Notes under the pieces: generated by a model
The model's database searches: none
What the model was told of the DNA's origin: nothing
What the model saw: the letters and a program-made list of their open reading frames with translations, nothing else
Shown: positions 36,080 through 45,927 of the stretch, one piece after another
Layout of the letters: every line of letters begins with the position of its first letter
How positions within the stretch are numbered: position 1 is the stretch's first letter
Program-made: the position numbers and the translations under genes
Source of the DNA: Acidimicrobiaceae bacterium
Lineage (GTDB): Bacteria; Actinomycetota; Acidimicrobiia; Acidimicrobiales; Bog-793
Assembly (NCBI GenBank): GCA_027365385.1
Contig: DAHXNN010000022.1
Location: 1 to 45,927, forward strand
DNA length: 45,927 bases
Direction: 5' to 3'

Positions 36080-37906
36080 ATGAGCGTGGGGGCGGAGAGG
36101 GTCGGCCGGGGCCCGGTGGACGGTGGCGACGGGGCGAACGACCGGTACAAGTGGACGGCGTTGTTCAACGTCACCCTCGGGGTGCTCATGGCGACGATCG
36201 ACGGCTCGATCACCCTCATCGCGATGCCGGACATCTTCCGCGGCATCCATCTCGACCCGCTCCAGCCAGGGAACAGCTTCTACCTGCTCTGGATGCTGCT
36301 CGGCTTCCTCGTGACGACGAGCGTCCTCGTCGTCAACTTCGGACGCCTCGGCGACATCTACGGACGCGTCAAGCTCTACAACCTCGGCTTCGTCGTCTAC
36401 ACGTTCTTCTCGCTGCTGTTGAGCGTGACGTGGATGACCGGGCGGTCCGGCGCGATGTTCCTCGTCGTCATGCGTGTGTTCCAGGGGGTCGGCAGCGCTC
36501 TCCTCATCGCGAACTCCGCGGCGATCCTCACCGACGCCTTCCCGGAGCACCAGCGCGGCATGGCGCTCGGGATCAACAACGTCGCCGGGATCAGTGGCAC
36601 GTTCATCGGGCTCGTGCTCGGTGGCCTGCTCGCGCCGATCGACTGGCGGCTCGTCTTTCTCATCTCGGTCCCCATCGGTCTCCTCGGGACGGTCTGGGCC
36701 TACCTCAAGCTCGAGGAGCGCAGCGTCCGGCGACCCGGCACGATCGACTGGCCGGGCAACGTCACGTTCGCCCTCGGCCTCATCGGAGTGATGATCGGCC
36801 TCACCTACGGGATCGAGCCCTACGGGAGCTCGACGATGGGCTGGACGAGCCCGAGGGTGATCTCGGCTCTGGCCTGCGGCGTGGTGCTGCTCGTCGCGTT
36901 CGCGATCATAGAGACCCGAAGCGCGAACCCGATGTTCCGCCTCCCACTGTTCAAGATCCGCGCCTTCACCGCCGGGAGCCTCTCGACGCTGCTCTCGGGG
37001 ATCGCGCGCGGTGGTCTCATGTTCATGCTCGTCATCTGGCTGCAAGGGATCTGGCTGCCCGAGCACGGCTACAGCTTCACGCGCACGCCGTTGTGGGCCG
37101 GGATCTACATGCTCCCTCTGACGACCGGGTTCCTCCTCGCAGGACCGGTATCGGGCCTGCTCTCCGATCGTTTCGGGTCCCGCCCGTTCGCCACCGGCGG
37201 CATGCTCGTCTCGGCTGCGAGCTTCGGGCTCTTCCTCGTGCTCCCGGTCGACTTCTCCTACACCTGGTTCGCGCTCATCTTGCTGCTCAACGGTCTAGCG
37301 ATGGGGGCGTTCGCCTCGCCCAACCGCGCCGGGGTGATGAACAGCCTCCCCCCGCAGCATCGCGGCGTCGGCGGCGGGATGAACTCCACCTTCCAGAACT
37401 CCGCGCAGGTGCTGTCGATCGGGATCTTCTTCACGCTCATGATCCTCGGCCTGTCCTCGACCCTGCCCGAGGCGCTCACCCGCGGCCTCGGCGCCGAGGG
37501 CGTGCCTGCCGCCACGGTATCGACGATCGCCCACCTGCCGCCCGTGTCGATCCTCTTCGCCGCCTTCCTCGGCTACAACCCGATGCAGCACCTGCTCGGC
37601 ACGTCGGTGCTCGCGAAGCTCTCGAGAGCCCACGCGCACGTGCTCACCGGCCAGACCTTCTTCCCTTCGATGATCTCGGCGCCGTTCCACTCCGGCCTGC
37701 ACAAGGCCTTCCTGTTCGCGATCGTCGCCTGCCTCGTCGCCGCGGCCTTCTCGTGGATGCGGGGTGGTCGCTTCGTCTACGCAGACCCGGCGACCGCCAC
37801 CGTGCACCCCGAGCCGGGCCCGCTGCCCGCCGAGGGCCGTCTGTCGCCCAACGTGGCTGCGGTCCTAGGATCGCCCGAGCGCAGGGGCGCCGTAGCGCCC
37901 GAGTAG
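36080..37906 (+). CDS. MFS transporter, DHA2 (14-TM EmrB/QacA-like) family
   Basis: LGVLMATIDGSITLIAMPDI, GRLGDIYGR, ~14 hydrophobic segments, 608 aa. Confidence 0.88.
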   Translation: MSVGAERVGRGPVDGGDGANDRYKWTALFNVTLGVLMATIDGSITLIAMPDIFRGIHLDPLQPGNSFYLLWMLLGFLVTTSVLVVNFGRLGDIYGRVKLYNLGFVVYTFFSLLLSVTWMTGRSGAMFLVVMRVFQGVGSALLIANSAAILTDAFPEHQRGMALGINNVAGISGTFIGLVLGGLLAPIDWRLVFLISVPIGLLGTVWAYLKLEERSVRRPGTIDWPGNVTFALGLIGVMIGLTYGIEPYGSSTMGWTSPRVISALACGVVLLVAFAIIETRSANPMFRLPLFKIRAFTAGSLSTLLSGIARGGLMFMLVIWLQGIWLPEHGYSFTRTPLWAGIYMLPLTTGFLLAGPVSGLLSDRFGSRPFATGGMLVSAASFGLFLVLPVDFSYTWFALILLLNGLAMGAFASPNRAGVMNSLPPQHRGVGGGMNSTFQNSAQVLSIGIFFTLMILGLSSTLPEALTRGLGAEGVPAATVSTIAHLPPVSILFAAFLGYNPMQHLLGTSVLAKLSRAHAHVLTGQTFFPSMISAPFHSGLHKAFLFAIVACLVAAAFSWMRGGRFVYADPATATVHPEPGPLPAEGRLSPNVAAVLGSPERRGAVAPE

Positions 37907-37922
37907 GAGGAGGACCGAGAGC

Positions 37923-39194
<1,272 letters not shown>

Positions 39195-39320
39195 CGTCGA
39201 GTCCCGAGCGCCCGACATGGAGCGGCGCGGACAGTTATCTCTGGCGCGAATCGCGCCGATGCGCTAGACAGATGGGCGCAACCAGTCGGAGGGGGTCCGA
39301 CCGCATATAGGGGGGGTCCG

Positions 39321-39358
39321 GGCACCGCCCCGCCGGCTGTTGCCGGCGGGGCGGTGCC
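39321..39358. terminator. bidirectional terminator hairpin between convergent gltA and rlmB
   Basis: GGCACCGCCCCGCCGGC-TGTT-GCCGGCGGGGCGGTGCC is a perfect 17-bp GC-rich stem with a 4-nt loop. Confidence 0.75.
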
Positions 39359-39381
39359 GCGTCCAGACCGCGGCGGCAGGC

Positions 39382-40185
39382 TCAGCGGGAAGAGTCGCGC
39401 ACCCTCGAGACGGCGAAGCACGCCACGGCGGCCGCTGCCGCGACGTTGAGCGATGCCAGTGGACCGGCGAGCGGCACGCGCGCGAGCACGTCGCAGCGGT
39501 CGCGAGTGAGCCGGCCGAGGCCCTTGCCCTCCGCACCGAGGACGAGAGCGAGAGGCTCGGTAGCGAGGTCCAGGTCGTGGACGACACGAGCGCCCTGCTC
39601 GTCCAGCCCGACCGACCAGACACCCTCGCGTCTGAGCAGATCGAGTGCCGCGCCGACGCCGGGCACGAGTGCGATCGGGAGGTGCTCGACGGCACCGGCC
39701 GCTGCCTTCGCGACCGTCGCGGTGACGTGCGCGGAGCGGTGCCTCGGAAGGACCGCCCCCGTCGCCCCGGCGCACAGAGCGGTGCGCAAGATCGCTCCGA
39801 GGTTGTGCGGATCGGTCACCCCGTCGAGCACGACGAGGAAGGGCGCAGGAGCACGTGGGATCGACGGACGCCGTGCGAGCACCTCGAGGTCGGCGGCCTG
39901 GAGCGGCTCTGCCACGGCGAGCACGCCCTGGGGGACCTCGCTCGACGAGCGTGCAGCCAGCTGGTGGGCGCCGACGAGACGTACAGGCACACCGGCAGCC
40001 CGGGCAAGCTCGACGATCTCGTCGAGCACGGCGGACGGGTCCCTGCCGTCGGCGACGAGCACCTCGCGCACGCGGCGGCGGCCCGCGAGGAGCAGCTCGC
40101 GCACCGCCTGACGCCCCTCCACCTGGGCGCCGCCGAGGTCGCCGTCGTCGTTGCGGCGCTGGCGCTGGCGCTGGCGCTGGGTCAC
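39382..40185 (-). CDS. rlmB: 23S rRNA (guanosine-2'-O-)-methyltransferase RlmB (SpoU/TrmH family)
   Basis: VEGRQAVRELL, VLDGVTDPHNLGAILRTA, LVLGAEGKGL and SLNVAAAAAV SpoU motifs. GTG 40185 lies 10 nt after the ispF stop. The longer track ORF overlaps ispF. Confidence 0.88.
   Translation of the reverse strand: MTQRQRQRQRRNDDGDLGGAQVEGRQAVRELLLAGRRRVREVLVADGRDPSAVLDEIVELARAAGVPVRLVGAHQLAARSSSEVPQGVLAVAEPLQAADLEVLARRPSIPRAPAPFLVVLDGVTDPHNLGAILRTALCAGATGAVLPRHRSAHVTATVAKAAAGAVEHLPIALVPGVGAALDLLRREGVWSVGLDEQGARVVHDLDLATEPLALVLGAEGKGLGRLTRDRCDVLARVPLAGPLASLNVAAAAAVACFAVSRVRDSSR
40155..40178. repeat. hexanucleotide array (GGCGCT)x4 on the + strand, encoding (QR)n in the RlmB N-terminus
   Basis: Read directly. 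The protein reads VTQRQRQRQRRND. Confidence 0.9.
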
Positions 40186-40195
40186 GCGAGCCTCG

Positions 40196-40741
40196 TCACC
40201 CGCGCAGGCCCCCACGACCGAGGAGCGCGACGGCGAAGCATGCGAGCCCCTCCACCCTCCCAAGGCTCCCGAGCCCTTCCGGCCGCGTCGCCTTGATGTG
40301 GACGGGTCCCCCCGCCGCCGCCGACAGTCGGACCGCCATCTCGACGCTCGCCGGCGCGAGCCGTGGCCGCTCGGCGACGATCGTGCAGTCGGCGTTGACG
40401 AGCTGCCAGCCCTCGTGCCGAGCGAGCGCCGCGCACTGCGCGAGCAGCTCGAGGCTGTCGGCACCGCGCCAGCGCTCGTCGCTGTCCGGGAAATGCGCGC
40501 CGAGGTCGCCGAGAGCTGCGGCGCCGAGGATGGCGTCCGCGACCGAGTGTGCGACCGCGTCCGCGTCGCTGTGGCCGACGAGCGGACGCTCGCCGGGGAA
40601 CGCGACGCCTCCGAGCACAAGGCTCCTCGCCTCGCCAGGCGCCGTGTCGGGCGACACGCCGGCAGCGACTCCGGCCCCCGCCGTGGGCGGTGGCGCGAAC
40701 CGATGGACGTCGACGCCGAGACCGATCCGCATCTCGCTCAT
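40196..40741 (-). CDS. ispF: 2-C-methyl-D-erythritol 2,4-cyclodiphosphate synthase IspF (with a ~20-aa insertion after the DVHRF motif)
   Basis: GLGVDVHRF ... GHSDADAVAHSVADAILGAAALGDLGAHFPDSD ... ATRPEGLG. ATGA overlap with the ispD stop. Confidence 0.92.
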   Translation of the reverse strand: MSEMRIGLGVDVHRFAPPPTAGAGVAAGVSPDTAPGEARSLVLGGVAFPGERPLVGHSDADAVAHSVADAILGAAALGDLGAHFPDSDERWRGADSLELLAQCAALARHEGWQLVNADCTIVAERPRLAPASVEMAVRLSAAAGGPVHIKATRPEGLGSLGRVEGLACFAVALLGRGGLRG

Positions 40742-41463
40742 GCTCGCCGCTGCGGCGCCCGCACCGCTGTGCCGGACGGGTCCGCCGGGGCGTGCGCTCG
40801 CCGGGCCTCTCGCCGGGGATCGCGGGAAGCGACGTAGGACTCGACAAGGGCGAGGTCGGACGCACTGGTCAGCTTCACGTTCTCGACCTCGCCCGCCACG
40901 ACGACGACGTGCGCGCCGAGCTGCTCCAGCAATCCCGCGTCGTCCGTCGCATCCGCGCCCACCTCGTGGGCGCGCCGCAGCACCGCAGCCCGGAAAGCTT
41001 GGGGCGTCTGCACGGCGACGAGGCCGTCGCGATCGAGGGTCGCCACGACCCGACCATCCTCCACCCGCTTGACCGTGTCGCGGAGGGCGACGCCGGGGAT
41101 GGCACCGTCTGCACCGCTCGTGACGGACTCGACAACGGCGGCGAACAGGCTCCGGGAGGCCAGTGGCCGTGCCGCATCGTGGACGACGACGACGTCCGCA
41201 GACGCCGGCACTGCAGCGAGGCCAGCCCGGACCGACGCCGATCGGGAGTCCCCTCCGGCGACCACTGCGTCGGCCGCGTCGGCCCACTGCCCCGACTCGA
41301 GCGCCGACTCCGGGAGCACCAGGACGACTCCAGCGGAGACCGACCGTGCCGCCTCGAGGGCCCAGGCGACGACGGGACGCCCTGCGAGCGTGGCGAACTG
41401 CTTGGGCGCGCCGAACCGGCGGCCCTCGCCGCCCGCGACGACGATGCTCCAGATCTCCGACAC
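40738..41463 (-). CDS. ispD: 2-C-methyl-D-erythritol 4-phosphate cytidylyltransferase IspD
   Basis: VVAGGEGRRFG, VVHDAARP, VQTPQAF motifs. Confidence 0.93.
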   Translation of the reverse strand: MSEIWSIVVAGGEGRRFGAPKQFATLAGRPVVAWALEAARSVSAGVVLVLPESALESGQWADAADAVVAGGDSRSASVRAGLAAVPASADVVVVHDAARPLASRSLFAAVVESVTSGADGAIPGVALRDTVKRVEDGRVVATLDRDGLVAVQTPQAFRAAVLRRAHEVGADATDDAGLLEQLGAHVVVVAGEVENVKLTSASDLALVESYVASRDPRREARRAHAPADPSGTAVRAPQRRA

Positions 41464-41479
41464 GCCCGGAAGCGAACGA

Positions 41480-41956
41480 CTACGGCAGGGCGGAGTTCAG
41501 CCGCTCCTCTGCCTCGGCTTCGCTCACCCCGATCGCAAACGTCAGCTCCGAGACGAGGATCTGCCGCGCGCGGTTGAGCATCCGCTTCTCGCCAGCCGAC
41601 AGGCCCTTGTCCTTGTCGCGGATCGAGAGGTTCCGCACGACCTCGGCGACCTGGTAGATGTCGCCGGACTTGAGCTTCTCGACATGGTTCTTGTAGCGAC
41701 GCGACCAGTTCGTCGGCATGCGCGCCTCCTTCTTGCGAAGGACGGCGAACACCTCCTCGACCTCCTCGTCGTTGATCACCTCGCGCAGACCGACCTCGTC
41801 GGTGTTGTCCGCGGGCACCATGAGGGTCAGGTCACCGTAGGCAAGGCGGAGCACGAGGTACTCCCGCTTCTCGCCGAACGCCTCGCGCACCTCCCGCTTC
41901 TCGACGACCGCGGCGCCGTGGTGGGGATAGACGACCTTGTCGCCGACGTCGAACAC
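41480..41956 (-). CDS. carD: CarD family RNA-polymerase-binding transcriptional regulator
   Basis: FDVGDKVVYPHHGAAVV...REYLVL...NWSRRYK are highly conserved CarD N- and C-domain motifs. Confidence 0.95.
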   Translation of the reverse strand: MFDVGDKVVYPHHGAAVVEKREVREAFGEKREYLVLRLAYGDLTLMVPADNTDEVGLREVINDEEVEEVFAVLRKKEARMPTNWSRRYKNHVEKLKSGDIYQVAEVVRNLSIRDKDKGLSAGEKRMLNRARQILVSELTFAIGVSEAEAEERLNSALP

Positions 41957-42118
41957 AGATCAGCTCCTCGAAGGGCTCAGCGACTGGATGCACCTGGACA
42001 CCTTCGCCCGGGCGCGGGCGCCTACCTGAGCGGGATGGCGCGACGCTACATTCTACCGGCTCTCGGACCCCTCCCCCGGACAGCGACCCCGTCGGCTGCC
42101 GCCAGGCAGTGGCCTAGG

Positions 42119-43195
42119 TCAGCTGTAGCGGTCGAGGATGCTCGTCTCGGCGAGCCTCGCGATGCCGTCCTTCACGAGACGAGCCTGGTCGAGGTCGATG
42201 CCACCTGCATCTGCGAGCTCGCCCGCGGATGCCCTGACGAGCCCGTAGAGGTCGCCGAAGTGCTCGACGAGTCGGGCAGCCGTCGTGCTCGACAGCTGCG
42301 GGACCCTCTTCAACAGGCGAAGGCCACGCGGCACGAGAGAGTCGCCGAGGCTCGGGGGGCTCACCCCCGGCATCGCGAAGACCTCGACGACCCGCTCGAG
42401 CCCGAGCAGGTCTCCCGTCGCCAACCTGGACAGGCCTGCGATCGCGTCGTCGCAGCACGCTCCGCCGAGCGCACCGCGATAGTCGTCCGCGACGAGGATG
42501 AGCTCGTCGCCGACACCGAGCATGAGCTCGGACAGCTGGAGGCGGAGCAGCCTGCCGTGACCGCCGAGCTCGTCGAGAAGCTCGGCGATCTCCGCCCCGA
42601 CGCGCACGACCATCTCGGCGCGCTGCAGGACCGCCGCCACGTCGCGGACTGTGACGACGTCCTCGATCTCCGAGGTGGTGAGCGCGGACGTGACCTCGTC
42701 GAGCCGGACGCGGAAGCGGTCGAGTGTCTGGAGCAGGTGGTTCGCACGGCCGACGATCATGTCCGTGGACCGCAGCTGCCGCTTGACGTCGCCGCGGTAG
42801 AGGGTGATCGTCCCCATCTCCTCGGAGACCGCGACGACCTGGACGGCCACGCAGCGTGCGACGCGCTCAGCAGTGCGGTGACGCGTCCCTGTCTCGGTCG
42901 TCCGGGCGGCGGGGTCCGGCACAAGATGGACGTTCGCCCAGGCGATGCGCTCCCCGGCGCGGTCGAGGACGATGGCACCGTCCATCTTCGCGAGCTCGGA
43001 GAGGCGTTGCGGGCTCATCTCCGCGTCGATGTGGAAACCCCCCGAGCAGATCTCGAGGACATCGGGCCCGTCGCCGAGGACGATGAGCGCGCCCATGTGC
43101 GCCCGCAGGATCCTGTCGAGCCCGTCGCGAAGTGCCGTCCCGGGGACCACGTGAGCGAGCAGCTCGCCGAGCGATGCATCGTCCGGCTGGCTCAC
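42119..43195 (-). CDS. disA: DNA integrity scanning protein DisA (diadenylate cyclase)
   Basis: GALIVLG, DGAIVLD and GTRHRTAER DAC-domain motifs plus a C-terminal HhH domain. Immediately downstream of radA. Confidence 0.95.
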   Translation of the reverse strand: MSQPDDASLGELLAHVVPGTALRDGLDRILRAHMGALIVLGDGPDVLEICSGGFHIDAEMSPQRLSELAKMDGAIVLDRAGERIAWANVHLVPDPAARTTETGTRHRTAERVARCVAVQVVAVSEEMGTITLYRGDVKRQLRSTDMIVGRANHLLQTLDRFRVRLDEVTSALTTSEIEDVVTVRDVAAVLQRAEMVVRVGAEIAELLDELGGHGRLLRLQLSELMLGVGDELILVADDYRGALGGACCDDAIAGLSRLATGDLLGLERVVEVFAMPGVSPPSLGDSLVPRGLRLLKRVPQLSSTTAARLVEHFGDLYGLVRASAGELADAGGIDLDQARLVKDGIARLAETSILDRYS

Positions 43196-43242
43196 CGTCG
43201 CATCGTAGCCAAGGTGGCGAGCGGGCCGTCCGGCGGAGGCCC

Positions 43243-44622
43243 CTACCGCCCCCTGGGCGCTGGTATTAGCCCGAGCGCGCCGACCGCCTCGGCGAGGGTC
43301 GCGACGCGCACGGTGGACATCGTGCCTGGCGGGAGCGGCGCGGACCGCGGGACGCAGGCGCGCGTGAAGCCGAGACGAGCGGCCTCGAGAAGGCGCCGGT
43401 CGGTGTGGACGACCTGACGCAGCTCGCCGCCGAGCCCGACCTCACCACAGGCCACGAGGTCGGCCCCGAGCGGCACGCCTGTCATCGCCGAGACGAGGGC
43501 GAGACCGAGACCGAGGTCGAGAGCAGGCTCGCCGACCTTGACGCCCCCGACCACCGATGCGAAGACGTCCATCGACGCGAGGCTGCAACCGACCCGCTGC
43601 TCGAGGACCGCTATCGCGAGCGCGAGGCGACCTGCCGGGATCCCCTGGGCGGACCGGCGCGGGTTCGCCATCGAGCTACGAGCGACCAGCGCTTGCAGCT
43701 CGACGAGGATCGGCCTGCGCCCTTCGAGGACGGGCACGACGACGCTGCCGGCGATGCCGGGCCGCCGGTCTCCGAGGAGGAGCCTGCTCGGGTCGGCGAC
43801 CCCGGCGAGCCCGCCCGGGGTCATCTCGAAGACCCCCAGCTCGCCCGTCGGCCCGAACCGGTGCTTCGCGACAGACAGGACCCTCATGGCGTGGTGTCGC
43901 TCACCGTCGAAGCTGCACACGGTGTCGACGAGGTGCTCGAGGACGCGCGGACCTGCGAGTGCCCCCTCCTTCGTCACGTGGCCGACGAGCACCGTGGCCA
44001 CGCCCTCGCGCTTCGCGTACTGGACGAGCTGGACGGCACACTCTCGGACCTGGGTGACGCTTCCGCCACTCGACGCTACCGAGGGGTCGGCGACGGCCTG
44101 GATCGAGTCGACGACGAGCAGGTCCGGACCGAAAGCGGACGCAGCATCGAGGGCCGCTGGAAGCGAGGTGGTCGCGACGATGGAGACACCGGCAACGGCT
44201 GCTCCGAGCCGCTCGGCGCGCCTCCTCACCTGCTCGGGCGATTCCTCCGCCGCGACGATGAGCGCTCTACCACCGCCCGACGCCCACGACGCGGCGAGCT
44301 GGAGCAGCAGGGTCGACTTGCCGATCCCCGGCTCACCGCCGACGAGGGTCACCGAGCCGGAGACGAGACCACCCGAGAGCGACCTGTCGAGCTCGGCGAT
44401 CCCTGTCTGCCGGGGCTGGCCCGCGTCGACAGAGACGTCACAGAGCGCGATCGGCTCTACCGAGGTCCCGCCGAAGGCCGCCACGCCGATGGCCCGTGTG
44501 GACGGCTGCTCGACTCGCTCCTCCACCAGGGAGTTCCACTCGCCGCACTGAGCGCAGCGCCCAACCCAGCGGAGGTGGACCGACTGGCACGCGCTGCAAC
44601 GATGGACTGTCCGCTCCCGCAT
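43243..44622 (-). CDS. radA: DNA repair protein RadA/Sms
   Basis: Zn ribbon CSACQ...CAQCGEWNS, Walker A GEPGIGKST, K(H)RFG motif, Lon-like C-terminal domain. Confidence 0.97.
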   Translation of the reverse strand: MRERTVHRCSACQSVHLRWVGRCAQCGEWNSLVEERVEQPSTRAIGVAAFGGTSVEPIALCDVSVDAGQPRQTGIAELDRSLSGGLVSGSVTLVGGEPGIGKSTLLLQLAASWASGGGRALIVAAEESPEQVRRRAERLGAAVAGVSIVATTSLPAALDAASAFGPDLLVVDSIQAVADPSVASSGGSVTQVRECAVQLVQYAKREGVATVLVGHVTKEGALAGPRVLEHLVDTVCSFDGERHHAMRVLSVAKHRFGPTGELGVFEMTPGGLAGVADPSRLLLGDRRPGIAGSVVVPVLEGRRPILVELQALVARSSMANPRRSAQGIPAGRLALAIAVLEQRVGCSLASMDVFASVVGGVKVGEPALDLGLGLALVSAMTGVPLGADLVACGEVGLGGELRQVVHTDRRLLEAARLGFTRACVPRSAPLPPGTMSTVRVATLAEAVGALGLIPAPRGR

Positions 44623-44660
44623 GGAGCGGAGGTTACGGCGCTGCTATGACAGCCGACTCG

Positions 44661-45927
<1,267 letters not shown>

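Noticed and set aside
39195-39381. tRNA or other structured RNA gene in the larger intergenic gaps (also 41957-42118 and 23220-23359)
   Set aside because: There is no T-loop (GGTTCGAATCC-like) or acceptor-stem pairing. The 39321-39358 hairpin is explained as a bidirectional terminator.
41069-43417. 782-aa + strand ORF opposite ispD/carD/disA, and 36151..37998 (615 aa) inside the MFS gene
   Set aside because: These are antisense or alternative-frame to highly conserved genes and have no motifs.

Overview
Very GC-rich, densely coding chromosomal segment. Gene content points to Actinomycetota: CarD, the radA-disA-clpC neighbourhood, a PAC2 protein, a mycothiol-type DinB enzyme and a CIRCE-controlled groEL2. 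I found no rRNA, tRNA, CRISPR array, transposase or prophage genes.

Gene order, left to right:
- A translationally coupled molybdenum-cofactor operon (XRE/PBP regulator, mobA, moaE, moeA, moaA, moaD), with moaB convergent.
- A DinB-like enzyme and an aldo/keto reductase.
- kdpFABC, preceded by an extra small peptide and followed by an OB-fold gene.
- kdpE and a KdpD that is split into two divergently transcribed genes.
- An orphan ABC ATPase, yceI, marR-acnA, and amidase-ccdA.
- DUF3263-otsB, with otsA-gpgS convergent to it.
- An S-box (SAM) riboswitch in front of a ThrC-like / MoaD-like pair.
- An MFS transporter and CIRCE-groEL.
- chdC, a larE-like gene and a NIL-domain gene, then a 4-Cys miniprotein.
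- NUDIX, PAC2, and GNAT-MFS-gltA.
- rlmB-ispF-ispD-carD, disA-radA, and the 3' part of clpC.

Most noteworthy:
1. The SAM-riboswitch-controlled ThrC-like plus sulfur-carrier pair. This implies sulfur-carrier-dependent homocysteine/methionine synthesis rather than threonine synthesis.
2. KdpD split exactly at its domain boundary, with a perfect (GCTCGAC)x10 array in the shared promoter region.
3. A recurring layout of a heptamer array, a -10-like hexamer and a leaderless start codon.
4. A translationally coupled chdC / LarE-like / NIL module.
5. otsB, whose catalytic DxDGT motif lies upstream of any canonical start codon.
6. An unusual density of perfect short tandem duplications in promoters and at gene ends.

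Many long ORFs in the supplied track are alternative-frame or antisense artefacts of the high GC content and were rejected.
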